The notes under the pieces are model-generated. The model saw only the letters and a program-made list of their open reading frames with translations. It searched no databases and was not told the DNA's origin. From Podarcis liolepis (lineage: Eukaryota), in NCBI GenBank assembly GCA_965112155.1, contig OZ218105.1: a stretch of DNA of 64,000 bases. One strand, written 5' to 3'. How positions within the stretch are numbered: the stretch's first letter is position 1; each line of letters opens with the position of its first letter. This document shows, piece by piece, positions 40,438-56,224 of the stretch. A program made the position numbers and the translations under genes.

Positions 40438-43400
40438 TAAAGTCTGAGGCATCTATAACTTGACAACTGGATATGTGTCATACATTACAAACATACAGAA
40501 GTGGTGTTTTTAATATAGTATAACTGAATGCTCACCACTGTGAAAGTGAACATTATTGGGATCAAACCTGCTTGTATTTGTACGGAAGAAATAGCATATG
40601 GTCCAGAAATACTCTTTTACTTGGATATGGCTACAGTTGCAGAAGTAAGAAGTTTTATCTCCCACATTAACATGTTTCCTTCAGGTTCACTCATTATAAA
40701 CCTGTGTATGTGAACAAAAACATGGGCCTGAGAATTTCTCTATGCAGTTGTGTTGCCACTGTGAAACTAGTTTCCAAAATCGTAAAACACGGTATCTAGC
40801 TATTAGACCCCAGAAACAGCTTTTCCAGAATAGTGTCTATCAATTATAATAAAACAAAAATTCCAGAAGGTATCAAAACACAAGGATTCATAGCTGTTAT
40901 TAGATGAAATTTCCCTCTCATATGCAGATTGCTGTCTTGAGACTTTAAATAAGCGCTAATTAGGAGACTGAGCTACCTGTCCACACAAACTCACTTTTAA
41001 GAACTAAGACTGCAATAGGGATGCGGGAGAAATTTTGTTCTCTCCACATTTTGAGATGAGACAAATTATTTTACCATGTCCCCTGCAACAATGTGCAAAT
41101 CAGGACATAGGTATGTGGATTAGTCTCCACAATTTGTGAACCAATATGTGCATCCATATAATACTAATTATTAGTTAATTTATGAACTGCTTTCTGTGAA
41201 GTATTTCAAAGCAGTTTCACAATACATAGCCATTTAGAAGGCTTGTTGAAAGAGGAAACGATTTTTTGCTGAAAAGACGAGATATGGCACCTGTCTAACA
41301 GGGAGGTGCTGGCACACTAGAGGGCCCATTGTAGTATCATGCAGACAGACTTCCTGGCAATATGGTATCTGCAAAATGCCTTATGCTGCATACTCTAATT
41401 GTTGGTTAGGCATATAAGGAGTGATATTATATTTTAGGTATCCTTGTTCTAGCTAGCTTAGAGCAGCTAATAACTCCACTGTAGACATGCAAGTAAAAAA
41501 AAAAAAAAGTTTAATGCAGCTAGGGAACAAAGCATGTGGTCCCTTCATGGGGAATTGTCCAGAGAAAAAGATAGCTGCTTCCATAAGCAGTCCTCGGACC
41601 ACTTTATAAATACATTACTTTTATTTTAGCAAAACCCCATGGATTTTTAAGAATGTATTCAGATGCATTTTTGCACGTATGAGAAACCATCATGGAACAG
41701 AAATAGGCTGGGTAGTTCACACATAACATACTTTAATGTATTATTTACAAAGAAGTCGCTTGTGTGTCAACATAAATGGGTTGCTATGTATCATATTTTT
41801 TAAACAATAATAACTAACTTTCACATTAGATGCTCACATTAATATAAATGTATATATCATGCTTTTTGTCAACTCTCCTTCTATTGCATCTTAGACCCCT
41901 GGATTTAGTCCTAAACATCTGTGTTGGTGTGCAGTGTCCTATTACGGTTGGAGATGGGCTGATGTAACAGTTGGATGTATCTTATCTTACAGACTTAGTT
42001 TTATGTTTCAGTTTTGTTTTGTTTTAAGAATGTAACCAAACTTTGATCTGAACTGAAGTTCACATGTTCAGTTAGTATACTTTATAAGAGATGCTAGAGG
42101 AAAGCTATACCTGGTTCATAACAGAATCAATGTCAATAAAAAGTTATTCCTTTTTGCTATAATGTGAACTCCCTAGCATCTCTCTAGATGGGAAAAGATA
42201 GAAAATTATTATCTACAATGAAGAAGAAGTGAATGGGTATATATAATAATCACCTTCTGTTGAGAAAGAAAGGATAAAAAATGAGTGCTGCAGAACTCTA
42301 AACGCCGAGAAAATTACTGTGACAAAAGGTTTCACACATCGAGTGTTATTCTCAGTAAACAGATGTATGGTTACAGTGTGGGAAATGGGGGGGGGGCACA
42401 CAAAAAGTTGTAGAATGGAAGAGATAAGTAACATTTCCAAACAACAGTACAATACAATAGAAGTGCAATGATTATTTACAACAGCAGGAATCAATGTTAT
42501 CATGTTAGCTTTGCTGAGTTGCTTTTTACACCTGTAGTGAGACAGAATGCCCTTTTCTTGTTTAAGACCTAAATCATGTTTGGGGAAATATTCCACCTTT
42601 ATTTCACCTTTTTTGCCACCACATTAAAAAATTTTATGGGACGCCCATCTCAAATCTGCTGCAAAGTGTTACATCACTGAACTAGAATTTAACTCCAGCA
42701 ATTTTCATTCTATTTATTTAGATTTTAAATTTAGGTCAAGGATCTATCTCCCACTGCCAGCATTGTTTTCCTAGCTTTGCTAGGCTAATGTATATTACCA
42801 ATGTCAACTGTTGACACTGCTGTGCATAAATAATTCTTTATAATTATTATACTAAGATCCTACTAAAAATGAATTTTCTTAAGCTCAATATGGATGGCAT
42901 CTTTTTTTCCTCCCTATTCTCCACACGTCTTATTGCAAAACTACCGCCAATGATATTTAATCTCCTTTGTCATCCATCAAATCTGTTTTGTATACATATT
43001 AGCTGCAGCCACTTACCCAACCTTCTTAACAAAAATGTGAGTGTGGAAATGAAATAGGCTTATCCATTTCAATTTATCTACAACCTTCGTCTTTTAAAAT
43101 AAGGCAAAACCTTTTATATAAGAGATAAGAACAAATACCTGATAAAAATGGTTCCATTGCTGTTTTATCCTACTAGATGGGTAAGAGTAGTAACATGATT
43201 ACTGAAGCCCTGCTAATGGAAGCAAGGAATTAAATCCTATATTGCTACGATGTAAGATATGCCTATTTTGCATTTGTATTCCTGAAGGCATTCTGACTTT
43301 TGTTCAAAATAATGACCAAATTGTTCCAAGGTGAGCTGTCACCTCCCCACACCCCAACAATCTCATTCCCATTTACCTGGGAGTAAACAGAGTTAGGATT

Positions 43401-45215
43401 GCACTGTTGGTTGGATATATCATTGTACAAAGCAGAAGAGAGGTTTTTTGCTGTCCAACAGGTACAAAATTGTGGTAAAATGGTCATCTGACCATTTTGG
43501 AGAAATCATATTGGAGAACAACATGATTAGACAGTTGTATAGTCACCTACTACCGGTACTTTTATTTTTTTCTTGCTTTATTTCTTGTTAGAACATGTGT
43601 TCATACTAGGATTTTATAGTATCTTATTAAAAGCATTCGGTTCATTATTATGTAAAATGTTCCATTAAGCCTGTTGCTTAAAAACAGGCTCACCATAAAT
43701 GAACTTGGGTGAGGACTAAGGGGTTAATACATGTAAGGGTGAAGTTGTTCCAAAGAAAGCATAACCTAATTCCAAAATGTGTCTGATTGTGAGGAAGAAT
43801 AAAGTTAAAAGTTGGCAGATCTGTAACACAAGGAATACCGCAAAGATAAATTATTCTGCCCTAGTTGCATATGTTCAGAACATTGGTGTTCTTGGTTGTG
43901 TCCTGCCTTTGAACCATCCTGTTTAAAATGCAAATATTCATATACTGTCGCACTAGTCAATTATAAGACTGAAAAGTGATTCATTCTTTCCAATACTTCA
44001 TAATAGGTCTCCCTAAGGACAAAAAGTTGAATACATCACTATCTATCCCATACGTATTTGTCTTTGTCTGGAAATAGAAGTCAGTTTGCAGCAAGTGGGG
44101 AGTGATCCTATTTCTCCCCCCTCCCAGCACCATTTTGCCACTGCAGATTGCCTCCCCATGCTTTGCACCCAAATGTGTATAGTTGCTCAGAAATACCCTT
44201 GAGTTCAATGCAGATTACATCTAAGTAAGTGGAAGTCTTAAGACTGCAAGTCTAAGAATGCTGTGGGTTCAATCACTCTAAAACAGATTGGTTGACCCAG
44301 AGTATCTTTGAAACAAAGCTTTGGTCTCTGAGCATTTGTGGGAGTAAAACCAGCGCTCAATGGAGTAATTCCACGCATGCTTGTTTGGGCTTTCAGCATC
44401 ATCGGCTTCAGTGGGCCTTCCCCCTAACTCCAGCAACGTGGTTAACACAGGTGCCTCCCATCTCTACAATTACAGTATATTGATTCTATGAGCGAGGCTA
44501 ATCGGAGTCAATCACTGCTGAAATGGAAGGCAGCCTGGAGCTAGAGATATAAATAGTTTAAAAAGGGGCGAGGGAGGTTCCGGGGCCAAATTCTAATTTG
44601 ACAGACGAGGCTTGGCATCCTGGGTAAACTGCAGAGCAGCAAACTCAGAGCAGCAAAAGCCACAGCAGAAGACGCCTTGTGAGTACACTACTACTGTATA
44701 AGTTTACCCTTCGATGGAGGGGGGCGGGAGTGTCTTATTCTGGATCAATCGGAAATTCCACATTTCAGAAGGAAGGTTTTAGAGTTTCCTTTCCTTCTTG
44801 CCGGAATAAAGGGGGAAATGACAGAAGGGAGATCCTACGCTTTCCCTCGGGGAAAAGGACCCAGCTACCGGCATAAGCCTAAAGCCCATCGCACAGCCAT
44901 GGCGGCTACCCTCCCTACCCCGACCCGCCGCCCTGAAGAACTACTTCCGCCCCTGCCTCGCTTCGCAGGCCCAGCCCTCGCCCTCGCCGCTTCTCCTCCC
45001 CATCCATCCACCCGAATCGGTTCCGGGGCGAAGTGGGGGGAGAAAGGGGCGGGGCGTGTGTGGCTCGGCGAGCCTATAAAGCCCGCGCCGCCTCGCCACC
45101 CGCCCTCTTTGCGTCCGTGTCTCGGCGAGGCGTTTGTTTCCTGACTCACCGCTGTTCCCCGGGCCTCGCGCGCTTCGGCCAGGAATAAGTCGGTCAGGAA
45201 GGCTCCGCGGCGGCC

Positions 45216-49152
<3,937 letters not shown>

Positions 49153-49170
49153 ATGATTGTCATCTGCTTC

Positions 49171-49176
49171 AATAAA
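49171..49176 (+). terminator. RPS20 polyadenylation signal
   Basis: AATAAA 18 nt after the stop codon, followed by a T/GT-rich downstream element. Confidence 0.85.
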
Positions 49177-49569
49177 AGTTAATATCAACTTTTACTTTTT
49201 GTTGTGTGCTTTATGGCAGTGTTCCTGCTTTAATTATGATTAGTATCAAAAGCCTCTACTTGTCCACAATTAAAAAGCCTACAAAGTATGTAATTATTAG
49301 GTAGGTAAGAGATCTCCCGTTTAAACTGATTTTTAGAACTCATTCAACAAATGAAGCATACCAGTGTGAGTAGACTAGGTGGGGTTAAGGGAGGGGGTTA
49401 TTGGTTTGTTCTTGTTTTTAGTATGTAATTATGTGCTAGGTTCCTGTTGATCATGTATATAGTCAGCGTTAACTATGTAGCACTTGAACCAAAGTCTTGT
49501 ATCACAAGAAGTTTGTTGGTATATCTGGCTAGTTTGGGAGTTGCATTCTTGCCTCCAGGAGCCAAATCT

Positions 49570-49742
49570 GCTGTTGTTTTGTCGTGTCCGACTCTTCGTG
49601 ACCCCATGGGCCAGAGCACGCCAGGCACTCCTGTCTTCCACTGCCTCCTGCAGTTTGGTCAAACTCAGGTTGGTACCTTCGAGAACACTGTCCAACCATC
49701 TCGTCCTCTGCCGTCCCCTTCTCCTTGTGCTCTCCATCTTTC
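49570..49742 (-). mobile_element. BovB/RTE LINE 3' fragment
   Basis: Peptide LGKMESTRRRGRQRTRWLDSVLEGTNLSLTKLQEAVEDRSAWRALAHGVTKSRTR; TSD CCAAATCT at 49562-49569 and 49743-49750. Confidence 0.88.
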
Positions 49743-51082
49743 CCAAATCTAGTGTTTGTTTATTGGACTTCATTACATGTGACAAGGAAGTGGAAATCAG
49801 TAACATTAACATGAAATTAAACATCCTTCAATACACAGTGTCCACAGTTTGACATAGCACATTGGGCGTAAAAAGTCACTGAAGTCTTTTTATTCAAAAT
49901 ATACAAGAATGCTAAATGGAATTTTAGGTCTGGACCACAGCTTGTAAGGAGTTATAATAAATCATGGCTATGTAGGAGGCTGAAAATTAGAGGGCTACAT
50001 TTAACTTAACGTTTGATTGAGAATGAGGGAGAAGGCATTTGCTAATGCCCTCTGCTGGAGAACAGCTGCAATTGTAAAAGCACAGTATTTTTGTGTGTAT
50101 TTGTAAGTATAAGGTGAAACACCAATGCAAGGGTGTGCATTCAGTTTAGAAGTAGCATTTGTGTTTTTTATCCAACAAGAGAAGTTCTAAATAAGTTTTT
50201 TATTTTATACAAGAACACTTCAGATGGTAGCAATGAAAGACTCAAATCCAGGTAAGTCAGCTAGCTACAATTAGGGTGATTTTTAACCTCCAGTAATCCA
50301 CACTGAATACATACCTTGGTTAGCCTGCACTTAAGATGCAAAACATGCACCTAGTTTGTGGATAAAAGTTCAAAAGGCTATTTTGCTATCCTGAAGTATA
50401 ACTTATTTATTTAAAGGTGATCCTTTAGGGTTTCCCTCCACATTGGAATATATATTTTACTCTTGCTTATTTGTAAGAAGTTATGCACCATTGGAAACAC
50501 ACAAAATGTAGCATTAAGCACTTCTGAAAAAACTTATCAAGATAGTTTCCTGGTGGAAGCTACTGAAAAGCATCCTTTGTGGTTCTTTTAAAACTTGGGC
50601 ATTGTGTATACATTAAGCACTCTGATGAATGGTCCTGCAGCTCCTGGACAGGTCAAGAATTGATGCATGTAGATGGGTTAAGTATTATGGATGGGGAATT
50701 GTTTTTTCCAGGAAAGCTTGTTGGACGTTAGTCTACAGCTAATGGTGAGAGCTGAATCCTAAAGAGTTTGCAGCATTGCACAATAGAGTTCTCTCTGCCA
50801 TGCCATTCCTCAGGCGTCTGCTTTCTGATCTGTTGCATCTCTGCAGGCGTCTGGTTCCTCAATTTTAAAACATTGAGATAGGGCTTTTCAGCATGGATTA
50901 TGCTTTCTGTAGATACACATTCATTGGTTTCCAACAAAGGGATGCAGCTTTGAACCAAGATGAACTTTGAAATCCCTATAGTTCATGGTTGATAGGGAAA
51001 TCGTGATGTCAAGATTATCTGCATCACCTGCCCCCTGCAAGTCAAACTGATAAAAACTGTAACTCATAGTTCTATATCTAGG

Positions 51083-51220
51083 CAGCTGCATAGCTCAGTT
51101 GGTTAAGAGCATGGTGGTAACGCCAAACCCCCGTAAGGGAAAGCTGCATATTCCTGCATTGCAGGTGTTGGACTAGATAATCCTCAGGTTCCCTTTCAAA
51201 TCTAAGATTCTATTCTGATT
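51083..51220 (+). mobile_element. tRNA-Ile-like SINE with CR1-type tail
   Basis: Head tagctcagttggttaagagcatggtg..taacgccaa; tail attcctgcattgcagg..ttggactagat..attctattctga shared with the 15925 element. Confidence 0.65.
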
Positions 51221-52719
51221 CCCAGTGAGTATTTGAAGTACAAAGACCTGTTTCACTATTACCGTACTTTCTATTCAAAGAGTGGGTGGGTGGGGTACAG
51301 ATTGAAGCCCTGAGAGGCAATATTGAAGGCCAGGACAAAGGTTTCCCAGTAGTAAATGGGGATGTGTGCTTCTAATGCCTGTTCAAGGTTGTTGAGGTTC
51401 CTGTGTGGATATAATCTGCTTGGCATATGGGAGTGCCCTGCATAACTTTAAATGGGAAAAAAATCTGTGGCCTTCCAGATGTTGCTGGACTGCAACTACC
51501 CTTATTGCTTACTATTGGAAATGCTAGTTGGGGCTTAGTTGATGGCAGACCTATAGCATCTGAAGGGCACATTGACTGTACCTGATCTTGAGATATTTTG
51601 TAAATATAATAGTAATAAGATTCTAGCAGACACAGCTGATGGGAACTGGAGTCCAATAACATCTAGACCAGAGTGGGTGGCAGCCCCATCACTTGATCAA
51701 AAACCCAATAGGCCTAATGAGGTTGCCGACTCCTGGCTCAAACACAGGTGCCAGAAAACTGAATACAACCATTATCAAGCTTACTCTCTGGCAGTGAGGA
51801 TGGAGAAGAAACATAATTTCACCACTGCATTCTTGAACTGTAGTCTGGTATGGACAGCCCAGGACATTTTCCTTCCTGAGTCAAAGGTCAAAAAGGTGTC
51901 TCCTCCGTTCCACATACAGCTGAACCTTAATTCATGACTGACATGATGGTGACCACTGGCTAGCTTAGGGGGTGCAGGGTAGCATGTAAACTGCTTTGAG
52001 CCCCCCCCCCCAGTCAAGTGGTATATAATTTTTTAAAAAATTAAATAATAAATACAGTTCCATTCTTCAATGACTCACTATGGTTCCCCTGTCCTGAACC
52101 CCACCATCTGCCAACGGAAATTTGAGAAAGGTTGTTTTTATTTTTTATTAGTTTTTATTAAAGATTTTCTCAAGTTACAAAACAAACTGAGAAAGGTTGT
52201 TGAGAGCAAGCATGCTGCCTGCCACAGACTACACCGGAGTCTTCATGCTTCACATGTGTGTGCCACGCCAAGTCCTGAGTGAATCAGGGAGAGTGTTTCT
52301 CTCTTCATGTGAGGCTGGCATAGGTTTGCACAGACAGCTAGAGGTGTTCTGAAATGCCTTTGGAAAGTCAGTAAAGTGGGCATAAGTAGAAATGCTGAGC
52401 TGGATTCCTTAGATCTGGTGAGGGCAGGAGGAGTGGCAAAGCTGCTTTATTTGCTGCTGCCTCACCCTTCAAGCCAGCCTCCATCATCCTGGATGTGTAC
52501 ACCACATTTCCTTTTATATTATTATACAGTCTGCCCTCCCAGCACTGTTCATCTGAACAGAGGTGAGCAGCAGACAGCAGAGCTTGTTCATTGGTTCCCC
52601 TATGACAGAAGTAGCTGGTGCTCTCCAGATACTGTTGGAGTACAACTCCTATCATCCCTGACCATTGGCCATGCTGGCTGGGGCTGATGGGAAAATATGG
52701 AGGCTACCCCTGCTCTGGT

Positions 52720-53075
52720 GGGACACGGGTGGCGCTGTGGGTTAAACCACAGAGCCTAGGACTTGCCGATCAGAAGGTCAGCGGTTCGAATCCCCGCAAC
52801 GGGGTGAGCTCCCGTTGCTCGGTCTCAGCGCCTGCCAACCTAGCAGTTCGAAAGCACGTCCAAGTGCAAGTAGATAAATAGGTACTGCTCCGGCGGGAAG
52901 GTAAATGGCATTTTCGTGCGCTGCTCTGGTTCGCCAGAAGCAGCTTAGTCATGCTGGCCACATGACCCGGAAGCTGTACGCCGGCTCCCTCAGCCAATAA
53001 AGCGAGATGAGCGCCGCAGCCCCAGAGTCAGTCACGACTGGACCTAATGGTCAGGGGTCCCTTTACCTTTACCTT
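52720..53075 (+). mobile_element. Full-length Sauria SINE
   Basis: tRNA-related head with A box (gtggcgctgtgg) and B box (ggttcgaatcc); (ACCTTT)n tail; TSD TACCCCTGCTCTG at 52705-52717 and 53076-53088. Confidence 0.92.
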
Positions 53076-53204
53076 TACCCCTGCTCTGCGGGCCAGAGCT
53101 CATCTTTATTTTATTCTATCTAGTGTTTCTCCAACCCTCCTGCTTTATGAAATCCTGTTTGCTCAAATCTGAGAGCTTCTCTGTGTGTGTGGCAAGACTT
53201 AAGG

Positions 53205-53343
53205 CAGGGATGTAGAACTTGCAACCCACCAAATGCTCTTGGACTCCAATTCCCATCAACCCCAGCCAATATGGCTGTAGTCTCTGGGGTGATGGGAGTT
53301 GTAGTTCAGTAATATCTGAAGAACCACAGGTTCCCCATCCCTG
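53205..53343. mobile_element. hAT-like MITE (family also at ~29997, 51460, 52622, 58310, 61953)
   Basis: CAGGGATG...CATCCCTG termini; internal ccagatgtt..actacaactcccatca core repeated across the window; degenerate 8-bp flanks. Confidence 0.6.
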
Positions 53344-53859
53344 CCTTAATGGCTTATCTTATGCAGCTGTTTGGTTTCAAGCCAACACAGACTCATTTTT
53401 GCTCCTTCCTAGGCATAGGACTTCTCAGGGTTGTGGACTTGTCCCATTCCATGTGTTCCTGTTATTGCCATGCTCACATTTGGATTCTCAGAAGTAAGTA
53501 CTGCTTTACTCAATGGGAGTTGCTTCCAGTTAAGAGTGAATGATATAGCAGCTGTGCAGCCCAATCCTATTAGTGTTTATTCAGAAGCAAGTGCCTCTGA
53601 GTTCAATGGGGCTTTACTCCCAACCAAGTGAGTATCCACAGGATTACAACCCTGTGTTTGTTATTGTTTTCAATGGAGAGGTGAGTCACTCTGCCTGCCT
53701 CCAATGCAGTTTTGTTCCATTTAAAACCCAAACCCCCCAAAATTCTCTGCTCTCAGGTGTGCTACAGATCTCTGGTGTGTCCACCTGTTGCTCTTGAGTC
53801 ATTTGGAAAATGGAAATATGAGTTAATTGAGGGGCCTGTGTAGCAGTTTGTTTGTCTGT

Positions 53860-53999
53860 TCCTCATTGGTCAACAGCCTCTCTATAAAACTTGGGGGAAG
53901 GGCATAGTAGGTCTGACTGAAGCAGTAGTGGAAAGCACAATTTGTCTGTGTTAGCAAAGACATAAGAAGCTAGCGGTGTTTGTAGGAGTATTAAAACAG
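53860..53999 (+). promoter_or_regulatory. Putative promoter and non-coding first exon of the KIF20A-like gene
   Basis: ATTGG 53865, TATAAAA 53883-53889, then ~90 nt ending in a strong donor ACAG|GTATGT at 54000. The next exon starts 7 nt before its ATG, so an upstream UTR exon is required. Confidence 0.55.
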
Positions 54000-55140
54000 G
54001 TATGTATGATGAAAATGTAAAGTTCATGATAGAAAAAAGTTATTTGGTAAAGAAAAACAAGTATGTGTATAAAGACTAAGAATAAGGAAAAGTCTGAATG
54101 CAGGTATAGGAAGGGTCTAACAGCCTAATTCCATGCATGCTCTTCTTTTAGAAGTAAGTTTGTTTTGTTCAATGGAGCTTTCTCCCAAGTAAGTGTGCAT
54201 AAGATTGCAGCAATTTAGCTTGACCCTATTCAATGTTAGATAAACCTAAGAACATTGGAATCAATGGGCCTAAGCTCTCCTTTCAGGATCAAGCTGCAAG
54301 TAAAACTAGGTATATGAGTGAAAAGAGGAGGCAATAATGGAACAAAGACATTTTCTTTTTGAAGTAATGTATTGATAGGTGTAAAGTGTTGTGCATATGC
54401 AAGTTTAGTTAGTAATTATGTACGTTTTCAGAACCAAGAGCTAATTCTTTTTATCTCACATTCTGGGATTTCATTTTTTTATGGGAGGCAATTGAAATAC
54501 AGTTTTTTGCCAGCTCAGGAGTGCTGTTTACCATGCCTTTATCTTCCTGCTTGAGAAAAGAATAGGTTTGTTAGTACAGGTGCCATGAACTCTGTGCATG
54601 CACTGAACTACTCTTCTACGTGCTGAATAGACATTGATGGTGGGTCCAGATTCATTTTCTGACGTCATGTACGCATTTCGTAGGCTTCGATGATATGTCT
54701 TTAGTTATTCTGGATCTGTAAAATTAAGAGAGTCTTGCTCAGCATCAGAGGCTGGGGCTCAGGATCGGAGCATCTGTTTTGAGACCGATTGGAGAGCTGA
54801 TGTCAGTCAGTGTGTAGACAATGCTGAGCTAGGTAGACCAATGATCTGACCCACTAAAAGGCCCTTCCCTATGTTCCAGTGCTGCCTGGCTTAATAGTGA
54901 GCCTATTGAGACTTGGTTGCTGCCAATGTGCTTTGTGAACATGGTCACTTATAGCCTGTTTGTGTTCTGGTGAGCAAAAACAAAACCAACAAGAAAACCC
55001 TTAATTTCTTGAACGATAGCAAATGTTGAGTTCGGAAGGTGGAACCAGGAAACTGGACTTGAATTCCAGATCTGCCATATACCTGTACTCATTTTTTAAA
55101 CCTTGACAAATGAGTGGGGAAGGAGCAGTCATTGCTAATA

Positions 55141-55355
55141 CAGTGGTACCTTGGGTTACAGATGCTTCAGATTACAGACTCCGCTAACCCAGAAATAGTA
55201 CCTCGGGTTAAGAACTTTACCTCAGGATGAGAACAGAAATCATGCGGCAGCAGCGGGAGGCCCCATTAGCTAAAGTGGTACCTTAGGTTAAGCACAGTTT
55301 CAGGTTAAGAACGGACCTCCAGAATGAATTAAGTTCTTAACCCGAGGTACTACTG
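55141..55355. mobile_element. Tigger/pogo-like MITE
   Basis: TA TSDs; TIRs CAGTGGTACCTTGGGTTA / TAACCCGAGGTACTACTG. Confidence 0.85.
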
Positions 55356-55559
55356 TAGTGATCTTCCTTTAGTGCCTTGTGCTGGCTGTGGTTTTTTCTT
55401 GTTTGGAAAGGCTCTGAGAACTAAATTCCTTGTCACCTACTATTACTTTTTGGTTAAAATCCATGTGGGTGGATTTCCTTCAGATAGCAAACATCAAGAA
55501 TTGTAACATTGGGTTGGATCCAGAGTGAATTAGTTATTTATATCAATGGGACATCCCTT

Positions 55560-55908
55560 TTTGTTGTTTAGTCGTGTCTGACTCTTCATGACCCTATGGA
55601 CCAGAGCACACCAGGCACTCCTGTCCTCCACTGCCTCCTGCAGTTTGGTCAAACTCATGCTGGTAGCTTCGAGAACACTATCCAACCGTCTCGTCCTCTG
55701 TCGTCCCCTTCTCCTTGTGCCCTCCATCTTTCCCAACATCAGGGTCTTTTCCAGGGAGTATTCTCTTCTCATGAGGTGGCCAAAGTATTGGAGTCTCAGC
55801 TTCAGGATCTGTCCTTCCAGTGAGCACTCAGGGCTGATTTCCTTAAGAATGGAGAGGTTTGATCTTCTTGCAGTCCATGGGACTCTCAAGAGTCTCATCC
55901 AGCACCAA
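55560..55908 (-). mobile_element. BovB/RTE LINE 3' fragment
   Basis: ORF RLLRVPWTARRSNLSILKEISPECSLEGQILKLRLQYFGHLMRR..LEKTLMLGK is the BovB ORF C-terminus; TSD GGGACATCCCTT at 55548-55559 and 55909-55920. Confidence 0.92.
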
Positions 55909-56113
55909 GGGACATCCCTTAGTTACACCTAACTTCTCATGCTGATTTCAGTGCAGCCAAAGTAGAACTTAGTTGCTGTAGATACAACCCGTTAACTTCA
56001 CCAGGAAGTGATCTATTGTCCATAAAATACGTATATATACACTTGTGTCTTGTTTAAAAGTTGGATAGTGTACAGACCTGCTATTTCTTTTCCCCATCTT
56101 ATACAGCAAAAGA

Positions 56114-56224
56114 ATGAATTGTCAGGAAAGACAAAGAATAACATCCACTGCTGAGAGTATGGCAGAATTGATGTCTATGGACTCGTCAGAAGTATCCAAC
56201 ACCAGAGATGAGCAGGAAGAGGAG
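56114..56224 (+). CDS. KIF20A-like first coding exon
   Basis: Acceptor atacAG ends at 56106; ATG at 56114; MNCQERQRITSTAESMAELMSMDSSEVSNTRDEQEEE; donor GAG|gtgggc; phase 0 into the next exon. Confidence 0.65.

Noticed and set aside
49429-49852. ORFs of 101-131 aa downstream of RPS20
   Set aside because: Derived from a BovB fragment.
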